Origin: Synergistaceae bacterium
GTDB taxonomy: Bacteria; Synergistota; Synergistia; Synergistales; Synergistaceae
DNA: 40,068 bases
Assembly (NCBI GenBank): GCA_031269915.1
Contig: JAISYN010000095.1
Span: forward strand, 1 to 40,068
Reading direction: 5' to 3'
Below the pieces are notes generated by a model that was not told the DNA's origin, ran no database searches, and saw nothing but the letters and a program-made list of their open reading frames with translations. The translations under genes and the position numbers were made by a program. Positions 16,700-24,423 of this stretch are shown piece by piece. The stretch's first letter is position 1, and every line of letters starts with the position of its first letter.

Positions 16700-16870
16700 C
16701 GCCGATTTTTGTTTCAAACGGCCGCTTCGTTATGATATATTTTGAGAGTATAATAATAGACTTTTATTGACTTAAATAAATTTTTTCTTGCCATTCAGTA
16801 TGAAAAACAGATCCACTGTGAAATTTGCGGGATTTTTTTGTTGGGAATGCATCGCAATAATCCTAAATTC

Positions 16871-16879
16871 TGATAAAAT
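16871..16879 (+). promoter_or_regulatory. candidate extended -10 (TGATAAAAT) upstream of ybaK
   Basis: TGnTAAAAT in an AT-rich 290-bp spacer. A TTGGGA-like -35 lies about 26 nt upstream of the -10 hexamer, which is well beyond the optimal 17-nt spacing. Confidence 0.3.
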
Positions 16880-16986
16880 TTGTAGTGAACCTCTCGATAC
16901 TTCGTGTTGTGCGCGGCAGCGCGTACGATTCCATGATAAAATATAAAATATCACACTGGGGATTTATTAGAAGGGAATGCTGCGGA

Positions 16987-17490
16987 ATGATGAAAATGAA
17001 GAAGGACGGTAAAACCAAGGCGACGAAGCGGCTCGACGAGTTGGGCATCGCGTACGAATTTATTCGTTATGACGTCAATTCCGGCAATCTCTCGGCGGAA
17101 CACGCGGCCGATGACATGGGCATGCCTTACGAGATCATTTACAAAACGCTCGTGCTGCGCGGCGACAAAACCGGCATGTTGGAGGCGTGCATACCCGCCG
17201 GTTTCGAACTCGACATCGAATCGCTCGCGAGCCTGTCGGGAAATGAAAAGGTTTCAATGGTAAACCCGAATGAACTTTTTCTCCTCACCGGATACGTCAT
17301 GGGCGGATGCTCTCCGATAGGCGTCAAGCCTTACAAAGTTTATATTTACGAAGACGCGGCGAATCATGAAAAAATAGCGGTGAACGCGGGAGAGCGGGGG
17401 CTGATGTTTCACATGTCCACTCAGGATCTCGCGAAGGCAACGAAAGCAATTTTCGGCAATATCGCGAAAAAGAAACAGAACGCTGTCTGA
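16987..17490 (+). CDS. ybaK: Cys-tRNA(Pro)/Cys-tRNA(Cys) deacylase YbaK/EbsC family
   Basis: MMKMKKDGKTKATKRLDELGIAYEFIRYD... and GYVMGGCSPIGVK are the hallmark YbaK N-terminus and G-G-x-SP-(I/L)G motif. ATGs at 16987, 16990 and 16996 are all possible starts. Confidence 0.8.
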   Translation: MMKMKKDGKTKATKRLDELGIAYEFIRYDVNSGNLSAEHAADDMGMPYEIIYKTLVLRGDKTGMLEACIPAGFELDIESLASLSGNEKVSMVNPNELFLLTGYVMGGCSPIGVKPYKVYIYEDAANHEKIAVNAGERGLMFHMSTQDLAKATKAIFGNIAKKKQNAV

Positions 17491-17522
17491 ATCTGTAAAT
17501 TCGAATCCAAGGAGGTTTTGTC

Positions 17523-18047
17523 ATGAGCAATCCGGTACTCGAAACAATTTCCGAACGCAGGAGCATCCGCGCTTACAAGAAGGAGCAAATTACGCAGGAA
17601 CAGCTCGACGCTATTCTCGCGTCCGCCCTCGAATCGCCGAGCGCGCGCAACAGACAGCCCTGGCATATGACGGTCGTGCGGAACAAATCCGTCGTGGCTG
17701 AGGTCAACGCGGAAGCCAAAAAAATCCTGAAGCTTGATCGCGAGGATATCTTTTACGACGCTCCGACCGTCGTCTTCATCAGCGCCGAAAAGGGCTGGCA
17801 GTGGAGCAAGCTCGACGCCGGAATACTTGTGCAGACGATGGCGCTTGCCGCGCAGTCGCTGGGACTGGGAAGCGTGATACTGGGCCTGCCCGCCGGAGCG
17901 TTTCAGGGCCCGAGAGAGGGCTATTTTAACGAGCTGCTGAAGTTCCCTCCGAACTACGAGTTCGCAGTGGCGATATCAATAGGCGTGCCGGACGCCGCGA
18001 AGGAAGCCCACGAACAGGAACCCGACAAGATAAAGTACGTGGATTGA
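17523..18047 (+). CDS. nitroreductase-family FMN oxidoreductase
   Basis: AAGGAGG precedes the ATG. Motif: ISERRSIRAYKKEQITQEQLDAILASALESPSARNRQPWHMTVV. Confidence 0.85.
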   Translation: MSNPVLETISERRSIRAYKKEQITQEQLDAILASALESPSARNRQPWHMTVVRNKSVVAEVNAEAKKILKLDREDIFYDAPTVVFISAEKGWQWSKLDAGILVQTMALAAQSLGLGSVILGLPAGAFQGPREGYFNELLKFPPNYEFAVAISIGVPDAAKEAHEQEPDKIKYVD

Positions 18048-18201
18048 ACGAAAGCGCCGAAGGAGGATGCGGGAAAATCGCCGTAAAAACTATGGTGGCT
18101 TGATGCGCCGCGCGTAACGCTGGTCTTCAGTAAACTGTTTTGAAACATCATGCTGAAAATAATCTTCAGATAAAAAACTGAACAAAGTCGATTACAGGGT
18201 T

Positions 18202-18576
18202 TTGAAGTGTTTTGAAGACGGTGGCTGGGTCAACCTCAGCGAACTCGGCATAGTGGAAATCGGGAATGACGAAGCGCTCATCACCGCGGCGCTTATCATA
18301 GTCGATGGCGAGCCCGGCGACGAAGAAGACGTTAAATATCCGGCTGGAGGTTCCGGAAAGTGCGGCGTCAAGCTGGTCGAGTCCGAAGGGGAAAAATTCC
18401 TTTTCATCTACGATGGGAAAAAAGATGGGATTGCGAGCGATCCGATCACTCTCGTAAACTTTGACGACGGTCCGGGGAGCGGTTCCGGCGGCGGGTGTGA
18501 CGCCGGCCTGAGTTTCGGCGCATTTGTCCTGCTCGCTGGAATGTTTCTGGTATCGCGCCGCGGCAAACGGCAATAG
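18202..18576 (+). CDS. ORF carrying a Synergist-CTERM-type C-terminal sorting signal; probably a 5'-truncated remnant of a surface protein
   Basis: The C-terminus GSGSGGGCDAGLSFGAFVLLAGMFLVSRRGKRQ has a Gly/Cys signature, a TM helix and a basic tail. The only start is a TTG with no SD, there is no N-terminal signal peptide, and the frame is open only from 18163. Confidence 0.4.
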   Translation: MKCFEDGGWVNLSELGIVEIGNDEALITAALIIVDGEPGDEEDVKYPAGGSGKCGVKLVESEGEKFLFIYDGKKDGIASDPITLVNFDDGPGSGSGGGCDAGLSFGAFVLLAGMFLVSRRGKRQ

Positions 18577-18608
18577 CTGGAACCGCCGCCAAACATATAA
18601 ACACAGCG

Positions 18609-18635
18609 GCCGGAGGTCAATTCCTCCGGCTTTTT
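18609..18635 (+). terminator. intrinsic terminator
   Basis: GCCGGAGG-tcaatt-CCTCCGGC followed by TTTTT, 33 nt after the stop at 18576. Confidence 0.65.
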
Positions 18636-18783
18636 CGTGAGTTCGGCGTTTTCTTCCGTTGTATCGCTCGTCATGCGCATGCCGCAAAATGTCATAATAA
18701 CCCGTGAAGCGCCATTATTTCCGGTATTGGCTGGAAAGTAAAACGCAAATCGGCACGGAATGAAATTTGCGCCCCGCACAAAA

Positions 18784-18812
18784 TTACCGTAAAAATTTTT
18801 TTAGGATATAAT
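18784..18812 (+). promoter_or_regulatory. sigma70-type promoter for ppdK (TTACCG-17 nt-TATAAT)
   Basis: Exact TATAAT at 18807-18812, with TTACCG 17 nt upstream, about 70 nt before the ppdK ATG. Confidence 0.5.
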
Positions 18813-18879
18813 ATGTGTGCGGAATTTGTTTCGCGCACAGCGCGAGCGACGGCGCAAAATATTTGAGGAGGTAACAGAT

Positions 18880-21513
18880 ATGGCAGATAAGAAGTACGTT
18901 TACGACTTCAACGAGGGCGACGCCAGCATGAAAGCCCTTCTTGGCGGCAAAGGGGCCAACCTTGCCCAGATGAGCAAGATAGGGCTTCCAGTGCCGCCCG
19001 GCTTCATCATAACGACAGAGGCCTGCAAGGCTTATTGGACGCAGGGCGCGAACCTGCTCGACGAAATATGGCCGGACGTCCTTTCCTCGGTTGCTCGCGT
19101 CGAAGCCTCCACCGGCAAAAAACTCGGTTCCCTCGACAATCCTCTGCTTGTCTCCGTCCGCTCCGGCGCGCCGGTGTCGATGCCGGGCATGATGGACACC
19201 ATATTGAATCTCGGGCTGAACGACGATACCGCCGAGGCTCTGGCGAAAGTATCGGGCGATCCCCGTTTCGCTTACGACAGTTACCGCAGATTCATACAGA
19301 TGTTCTCGGATGTCGTGCTCGATGTGAGCGCTGAATTGTTCGAGGAGAAACTCTCGGGCATCCGCAAATCGCTCGGCGTGGAATTCGATCACCAGATTCC
19401 GGCCGACTCACTCAAAAAGCTGATAATAACCTATAAAGAGATAGTGAAAGAGGCCGGAAAAGAATTCCCGACCGACCCCGAAAAACAGCTCCGTCTTGCC
19501 ATCGACGCCGTGTTCCGCAGTTGGAACACCCCGAGGGCAAACACTTACCGCAAGATAAACAACATATCGGCTGATCTGGGAACCGCCGTCAACGTGGTGT
19601 CCATGGTGTTCGGCAATCTGGGCGACGATTGCGGCACGGGCGTCTGTTTCACCCGCGACGGCGCGACCGGCGAAAACAAGCTTTACGGCGAATATCTGAT
19701 GAACGCTCAGGGAGAGGACGTCGTAGCCGGCATAAGAACTCCCAGCCCGATAGCCGAACTCGAAAAGGTCATGCCCGAAGTCTACAAGGAATTCTTCCGC
19801 ATAGCCAAGAATCTCGAAAATCACTACAAAGATATGCAGGATATAGAGTTCACCGTCGAGCGCGGCAAACTTTACATCCTCCAGACCCGCAACGGCAAAC
19901 GCACCGCCGCCGCCGAGGTCAAAATCGCGATGGACATGCTGCGCGAAGGTCTGATAGATACGCGGACCGCCGTGACGCGCGTGTCGCCCGATCAGGTGGA
20001 ACAGCTTCTTCACCCGCAGATAGATCCCAAAGCGAAATACAAGGCGCTTGCCAAAGGGCTTCCTGCGTCTCCGGGCGCAGCTGTCGGCGAGGTCGTGTTC
20101 GACGCCGACGAGGCCGCGGAAAAAGGCGCGAAAACCCCCGTCATACTCGTTCGTCCAGAGACCACTCCCGACGACATACACGGGCTGTTCGCGGCGCAGG
20201 GCGTTCTTACGACTCACGGCGGCATGACCAGCCACGCGGCCGTAGTGGCCCGAGGCATGGGCAAACCGTGCGTGTCGGGGGCCGAGACGGTGAAGATCGA
20301 CCTCAAGGCGCAGCAGTTCACAGTGGGCGGCGTGACCGTGAACAAGGGCGATTTCATATCGCTCGACGGTTCCAAGGGAGAGGTGATCGTCGGCAAGGTC
20401 CCGCTCATCGAAGCTCAGTTCTCCGACGACTTCAAAGCGCTGCTCGACAGCGCCGATAAGGAATCCAGGCTCGAAACCTGGGCAAACGCCGACACCCCCG
20501 AGGACGCGCGGCGCGCCCGCGAATTCGGCGCCCGCGGAGTGGGTCTCTGCCGCACTGAACACATGTTTATGGCGGCGGATCGCCTGCCCGCCATGCAGAA
20601 GATGGTGATCGCCTCCACGAAGGAGGAGCGCGTCAAAGCGCTTGCCAGCCTCGAACCGATGCAGCGGGAGGATTTCGTGGGTATTTTCGATGCCATGGAC
20701 GGTTTCCCCGTCATAATCCGCCTTCTGGATCCGCCGCTGCACGAGTTCCTGCCCAAGATACCCGAGTTGGAGAAAGAACTGGCCGAAGTCGGTCCCGGCA
20801 GCGCGCGCGGCGCGATAATCAAGACCGAGATAGCCCGCGCCAACGATCTGCACGAGATCAACCCCATGCTGGGCTTCAGGGGCTGCCGCCTCGGCATAGT
20901 CTATCCCGAGATATTCGAAATGCAGATACGCGCGATAATATCGGCGGCCTGCGAGGTTTCCCGCAAGGGCGGGACGGTTCACCCCGAGATAATGATGCCG
21001 CTCGTGGGCATCAAGGAAGAAATGCGCCGCCTCGAAGCGATGGCCCGGCATATAGCCGCCGAGGTCATGGAAAAAGAGAAGGTCAATGTCGGTTATAAAG
21101 TCGGCACGATGATAGAGGTCCCCCGCGCCGCGATGATAGCCGACGAAGTGGCCGAATACGCCGAGTTTTTCAGCTTCGGTACGAACGATCTCACCCAGAC
21201 GACCTACGGCTACTCCCGCGACGACGCCGAGAACAAATTCCTCGGTTTCTACGTCGAAGACGGAGTGGTGGAGCACAACCCCTTCCATGTTCTCGATAGA
21301 AATGGCGTCGGCGGTCTGATGAAGATAGCGAAGGAAAAGGGGCGTTCTGTCAGAGCGGATTTGAGCATAGGAATATGCGGAGAGCACGGTGGAAATCCGT
21401 CCAGCGTGGCTTTCTGCCACTCCCTCGGGCTCAATTACGTGAGCTGTTCCCCATTCCGCGTCCCGGTGGCCCGGCTCGCCGCCGCCCACGCGGCTTTAGG
21501 CAAGCTGAACTAG
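18880..21513 (+). CDS. ppdK: pyruvate, phosphate dikinase
   Basis: GAGGAGG precedes ATG 18880. Motifs: MADKKYVYDFNEGDASMKALLGGKGANLAQMSKIGLPVPPGF, the phospho-His motif TTHGGMTSHAAVVARGMGKPCV, and the C-terminal GLCRTEHMF...NDLTQ...CGEHGG. Confidence 0.95.
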   Translation: MADKKYVYDFNEGDASMKALLGGKGANLAQMSKIGLPVPPGFIITTEACKAYWTQGANLLDEIWPDVLSSVARVEASTGKKLGSLDNPLLVSVRSGAPVSMPGMMDTILNLGLNDDTAEALAKVSGDPRFAYDSYRRFIQMFSDVVLDVSAELFEEKLSGIRKSLGVEFDHQIPADSLKKLIITYKEIVKEAGKEFPTDPEKQLRLAIDAVFRSWNTPRANTYRKINNISADLGTAVNVVSMVFGNLGDDCGTGVCFTRDGATGENKLYGEYLMNAQGEDVVAGIRTPSPIAELEKVMPEVYKEFFRIAKNLENHYKDMQDIEFTVERGKLYILQTRNGKRTAAAEVKIAMDMLREGLIDTRTAVTRVSPDQVEQLLHPQIDPKAKYKALAKGLPASPGAAVGEVVFDADEAAEKGAKTPVILVRPETTPDDIHGLFAAQGVLTTHGGMTSHAAVVARGMGKPCVSGAETVKIDLKAQQFTVGGVTVNKGDFISLDGSKGEVIVGKVPLIEAQFSDDFKALLDSADKESRLETWANADTPEDARRAREFGARGVGLCRTEHMFMAADRLPAMQKMVIASTKEERVKALASLEPMQREDFVGIFDAMDGFPVIIRLLDPPLHEFLPKIPELEKELAEVGPGSARGAIIKTEIARANDLHEINPMLGFRGCRLGIVYPEIFEMQIRAIISAACEVSRKGGTVHPEIMMPLVGIKEEMRRLEAMARHIAAEVMEKEKVNVGYKVGTMIEVPRAAMIADEVAEYAEFFSFGTNDLTQTTYGYSRDDAENKFLGFYVEDGVVEHNPFHVLDRNGVGGLMKIAKEKGRSVRADLSIGICGEHGGNPSSVAFCHSLGLNYVSCSPFRVPVARLAAAHAALGKLN

Positions 21514-21519
21514 ACGCTG

Positions 21520-21560
21520 TATAGCGGGCGAGGGGGCTTCTCGCGCCCGCTATACCATTT
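21520..21560 (+). terminator. intrinsic terminator after ppdK
   Basis: TATAGCGGGCG...CGCCCGCTATA (11-bp stem) followed by CCATTTTG. Confidence 0.55.
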
Positions 21561-21582
21561 TGTCTCCAGCGGAGGTGTTTGT

Positions 21583-22848
21583 TTGGAGCGGAAAATATCC
21601 ACGGCGAAACATCAGTTTTTGAGAGAAGAATCTTCCAGGTGGGTCGAGGAGGGCATCATCTCGCCCGAGATCCGGGACGGAATCATGTCTGGTTACGCTT
21701 CGGCGAAACAATTGCCGGCGGTGATTTGGGCGCTAGGCGTGACGATGATCGGGCTCGGCGTTTTAAGCTTCATCGCGGCTAATTGGGATGCGCTGGGCAG
21801 ATTCGTCAAAATAACGCTGATCGTCGGCCTGTACGCGGCGAGCGTAGCGGCCGCGTATTTTTGCGAGATAAAGGGGCGCAAAACCGCGGCGGAAACGTTG
21901 ATTTTATTGTCCGGGTTTCTCCTGATGGGAGGAATCGCGCTGATGTCGCAGGTGTTCCATATCAGCGGTTCAGTCGAAAGCCTGCTCCTGACGTGGCTGA
22001 TCGTATATATGCCGGCGTTTTTGATAGTGCGGAAGCTGCCGATATTTTTATTGTACGAAGTAGTGACGTTATTTTATCTGAATACGGCTTTTATTTATTA
22101 TATGAAGGACAACGGTTCCTTCTACGGCATGGCATCCTCATCCTACGCGCTCCGCGAGGGCCCCGCGGGGCCTTTCCTGATTGGCGCGCTGCTGCTGGGT
22201 ATGGCTTGGCGGATGTGGGCCGAACGAAAAAAACTCCCGGACGATTCAGCCGGTTCTCCGGTAAAATATGTTTTCATCGGAGGGTCGACGAGGAGAATTT
22301 TTTTCGGTAATTTCCTCATTTTGAACTGGTTTACGTGGATGTGCGTCATAAACAGCAGGCACGAAACCGTTCTGCCGTATATCTTCGGAGTGCTCGCGAT
22401 CGGGGCTTTGATAACGTTTATTGCGGGAAAACTGGACGCGGCGGATCTGGAATGGCAGGGGCTGCTGATCGTCGGGGCGGCGGGGCTGAGCCTGACCGCC
22501 AGGTTTGTGTGGGATTTGGATTTCAGTTTCAAGTATGCAGGAAGCGGTTACTATACCGAGGGAACTCTCTCCGCGCCGGTTTTGTCGAGCGTGCTGCTTG
22601 GGGCTTATCTGGTGAGCCGCATACTCCTGAGGTATCGCGGCGGAGGTTTTTCGGCGTTTTTGTTCTGCGCTCTGCTGGCGCGCTGGTATTTCGATCTGTT
22701 TTACACCTTCATGGATACGGCCATATTCTTTATCTCCGGCGGCATATTCCTGATCCTCGTGGCTTACGCTTACAAAAAATGGCACAAGCTGGGCGGGCAG
22801 AGTCCGGATGCGGGAAACGGGGGCGGCGGCGATGAAAATATCCGGTAA
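21583..22848 (+). CDS. DUF2157-type polytopic membrane protein
   Basis: TTG follows GGAGG. A soluble N-terminal helix (FLREESSRWVEEGIISPEIRDGIMSGY) is followed by about 10 or more TM segments, and the gene is paired with a GDYXXLXY gene, as is usual for this family. Confidence 0.7.
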   Translation: MERKISTAKHQFLREESSRWVEEGIISPEIRDGIMSGYASAKQLPAVIWALGVTMIGLGVLSFIAANWDALGRFVKITLIVGLYAASVAAAYFCEIKGRKTAAETLILLSGFLLMGGIALMSQVFHISGSVESLLLTWLIVYMPAFLIVRKLPIFLLYEVVTLFYLNTAFIYYMKDNGSFYGMASSSYALREGPAGPFLIGALLLGMAWRMWAERKKLPDDSAGSPVKYVFIGGSTRRIFFGNFLILNWFTWMCVINSRHETVLPYIFGVLAIGALITFIAGKLDAADLEWQGLLIVGAAGLSLTARFVWDLDFSFKYAGSGYYTEGTLSAPVLSSVLLGAYLVSRILLRYRGGGFSAFLFCALLARWYFDLFYTFMDTAIFFISGGIFLILVAYAYKKWHKLGGQSPDAGNGGGGDENIR

Positions 22849-23398
22849 ATTACTCGAAAACATCCCCCTAAAATACGCCGCCATCGCGGTACTTCCGCTC
22901 ATTTCCCTGCTGTGGGTTCCCATAGTCAATTTCACGGTGCTGCTCGCCGGCGAAAGCGTGCTGCTCGAGACATTGCCGGTCGACCCCACCGATTTTCTGA
23001 GGGGTGATTATGTGATCCTGAACTATAAAATTTCAAACATATCGGGCGACCTCGTTCCGCCGGATATCAACGACAGCCACTACCGGAGACCCCGGCAAGC
23101 CGTCTACGCCGCGCTGGAAAGGGACGCTGAAGGCATCGGACATGTCAAAAGCGTCTCCTCGACGAGACCGGGCGGACTGTATCTGAGGGGCTCGCAATAC
23201 TACAGACATATGATCGATTACGACGGAATAAACGCTTATTACGTCCCGGAGGGCATGGGCCGCGAGATAGAGCGAAGGATAAACGACTCGGACGTCCTGG
23301 TGGACGTGCGCGTGTTTCACGGACATGCCGCGATAAACGGGCTGGTTTTCACTGAAAAGGATGAGGACGGGGTACGGAACGGCGAAGAAGATGAGTGA
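22832..23398 (+). CDS. GDYXXLXY-domain protein
   Basis: ATG 22832 overlaps the upstream stop. It has an N-terminal TM/signal segment and the literal motif LRGDYVILNYKIS. Confidence 0.75.
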   Translation: MKISGKLLENIPLKYAAIAVLPLISLLWVPIVNFTVLLAGESVLLETLPVDPTDFLRGDYVILNYKISNISGDLVPPDINDSHYRRPRQAVYAALERDAEGIGHVKSVSSTRPGGLYLRGSQYYRHMIDYDGINAYYVPEGMGREIERRINDSDVLVDVRVFHGHAAINGLVFTEKDEDGVRNGEEDE

Positions 23399-24414
23399 TT
23401 TTGGAACAGAGATTGGAATTGGATAAAAGGCCTTTCAGGGAAATATGGGAGGAGCGCGAACTGGAATGGCTCGCCCCTTGGGCTTGCCCGGCGGCAAAGA
23501 GCAGAGGCAGGGAGCGTGCGGAGGAACCGTGCGGCATACGCACCGCGTTCCAACGCGACAGAGACAGGATAATTCACTGCAAATCTTTCCGAAGACTGAA
23601 GCACAAAACTCAGGTGCTGATGTTTCCCGAGAGCGATCACCCAAGGACCCGGCTCACCCATACACTGGAGGTCGCGCAGATATCGCGCACCGTCGCGCGC
23701 GCGCTGCGCCTGAATGAGGATTTGACCGAGGCCATTGCCCTCGCCCATGACCTCGGGCACGCGCCGTTCGGCCATCATGGGGAGCGGGTGCTGAATGAAA
23801 TAGCGGTTTCGGAGGGGCTGCCGCCCTTTCACCACGCGCAGCAGAGCCTGAGAGTAATTGATGCGCTCGAACGCGAGGGGCGCGGGCTCAATCTCACTTG
23901 GGAGGTCCGTATGGGCGTTGTCCAGCACTCCAAAGGACAGGTCGACGTGCGCGAGGGCTTCGGCCTCAGCGCCCCCTCTACCGTCGAGGCCTGGGTGGTG
24001 AGGGTCTCGGACTCCATAGCGTATCTCAATCACGACCTGGACGACGCGATTGACGCGGGCCTCATAGAAAAGGGCGATATTCCAAACGGCGTCTTTGAAA
24101 CACTCGGAGCCTCGCACGGCGCGAGGATAAATTCGCTCGTGAAGGACGTAGTTTCTCACAGCAGAGGCGGCCGTATCTTTCTGAGCGAGCGTGTTTTGGA
24201 GCAGGTGGAGGCGCTGAGAAATTTCCTGTATGGCTCTGTCTATCGCCACGAGGCCATCATAAAAGAGGAGCCTCGGCTGGCGAAAATATTGAAATTCCTG
24301 TACGGACATATCCGGGAGGAACGGGGCTTGAGCGCGAGAGAAGCCATAGACGAGATATCGGGCATGACGGACCGCTACGCCCTCCAAATTTTCAATTCTC
24401 TGTCCGGCAAGTGA
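23395..24414 (+). CDS. dGTP triphosphohydrolase-like HD-domain phosphohydrolase
   Basis: GTG overlaps the upstream stop (GTGA). Motifs: RTAFQRDRDRIIHCKSFRRLKHKTQV, TRLTHTLEVAQISRTVA, LAHDLGHAPFGH, RVSDSIAYLNHDLDDA. Confidence 0.85.
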   Translation: MILEQRLELDKRPFREIWEERELEWLAPWACPAAKSRGRERAEEPCGIRTAFQRDRDRIIHCKSFRRLKHKTQVLMFPESDHPRTRLTHTLEVAQISRTVARALRLNEDLTEAIALAHDLGHAPFGHHGERVLNEIAVSEGLPPFHHAQQSLRVIDALEREGRGLNLTWEVRMGVVQHSKGQVDVREGFGLSAPSTVEAWVVRVSDSIAYLNHDLDDAIDAGLIEKGDIPNGVFETLGASHGARINSLVKDVVSHSRGGRIFLSERVLEQVEALRNFLYGSVYRHEAIIKEEPRLAKILKFLYGHIREERGLSAREAIDEISGMTDRYALQIFNSLSGK

Positions 24415-24423
24415 GCCCGGACG

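Noticed and set aside
16800-16946. 48-aa Cys-rich ORF (..CWEC..C..CC..) in the AT-rich spacer before ybaK.
   Set aside because: It has no Shine-Dalgarno and lies across the likely ybaK promoter and leader. The Cys spacing does not form a clear zinc-ribbon pair.
18067-18117. 16-codon ORF (MRENRRKNYGGLMRRA) right after an AAGGAGG downstream of the nitroreductase gene.
   Set aside because: The SD abuts the ATG with no spacer, and the peptide is short and low-complexity with nothing to support it.
19408-21489. 693-aa minus-strand ORF opposite ppdK.
   Set aside because: It is antisense to an essentially full-length, motif-perfect pyruvate phosphate dikinase. It has no RBS and no recognisable domain.
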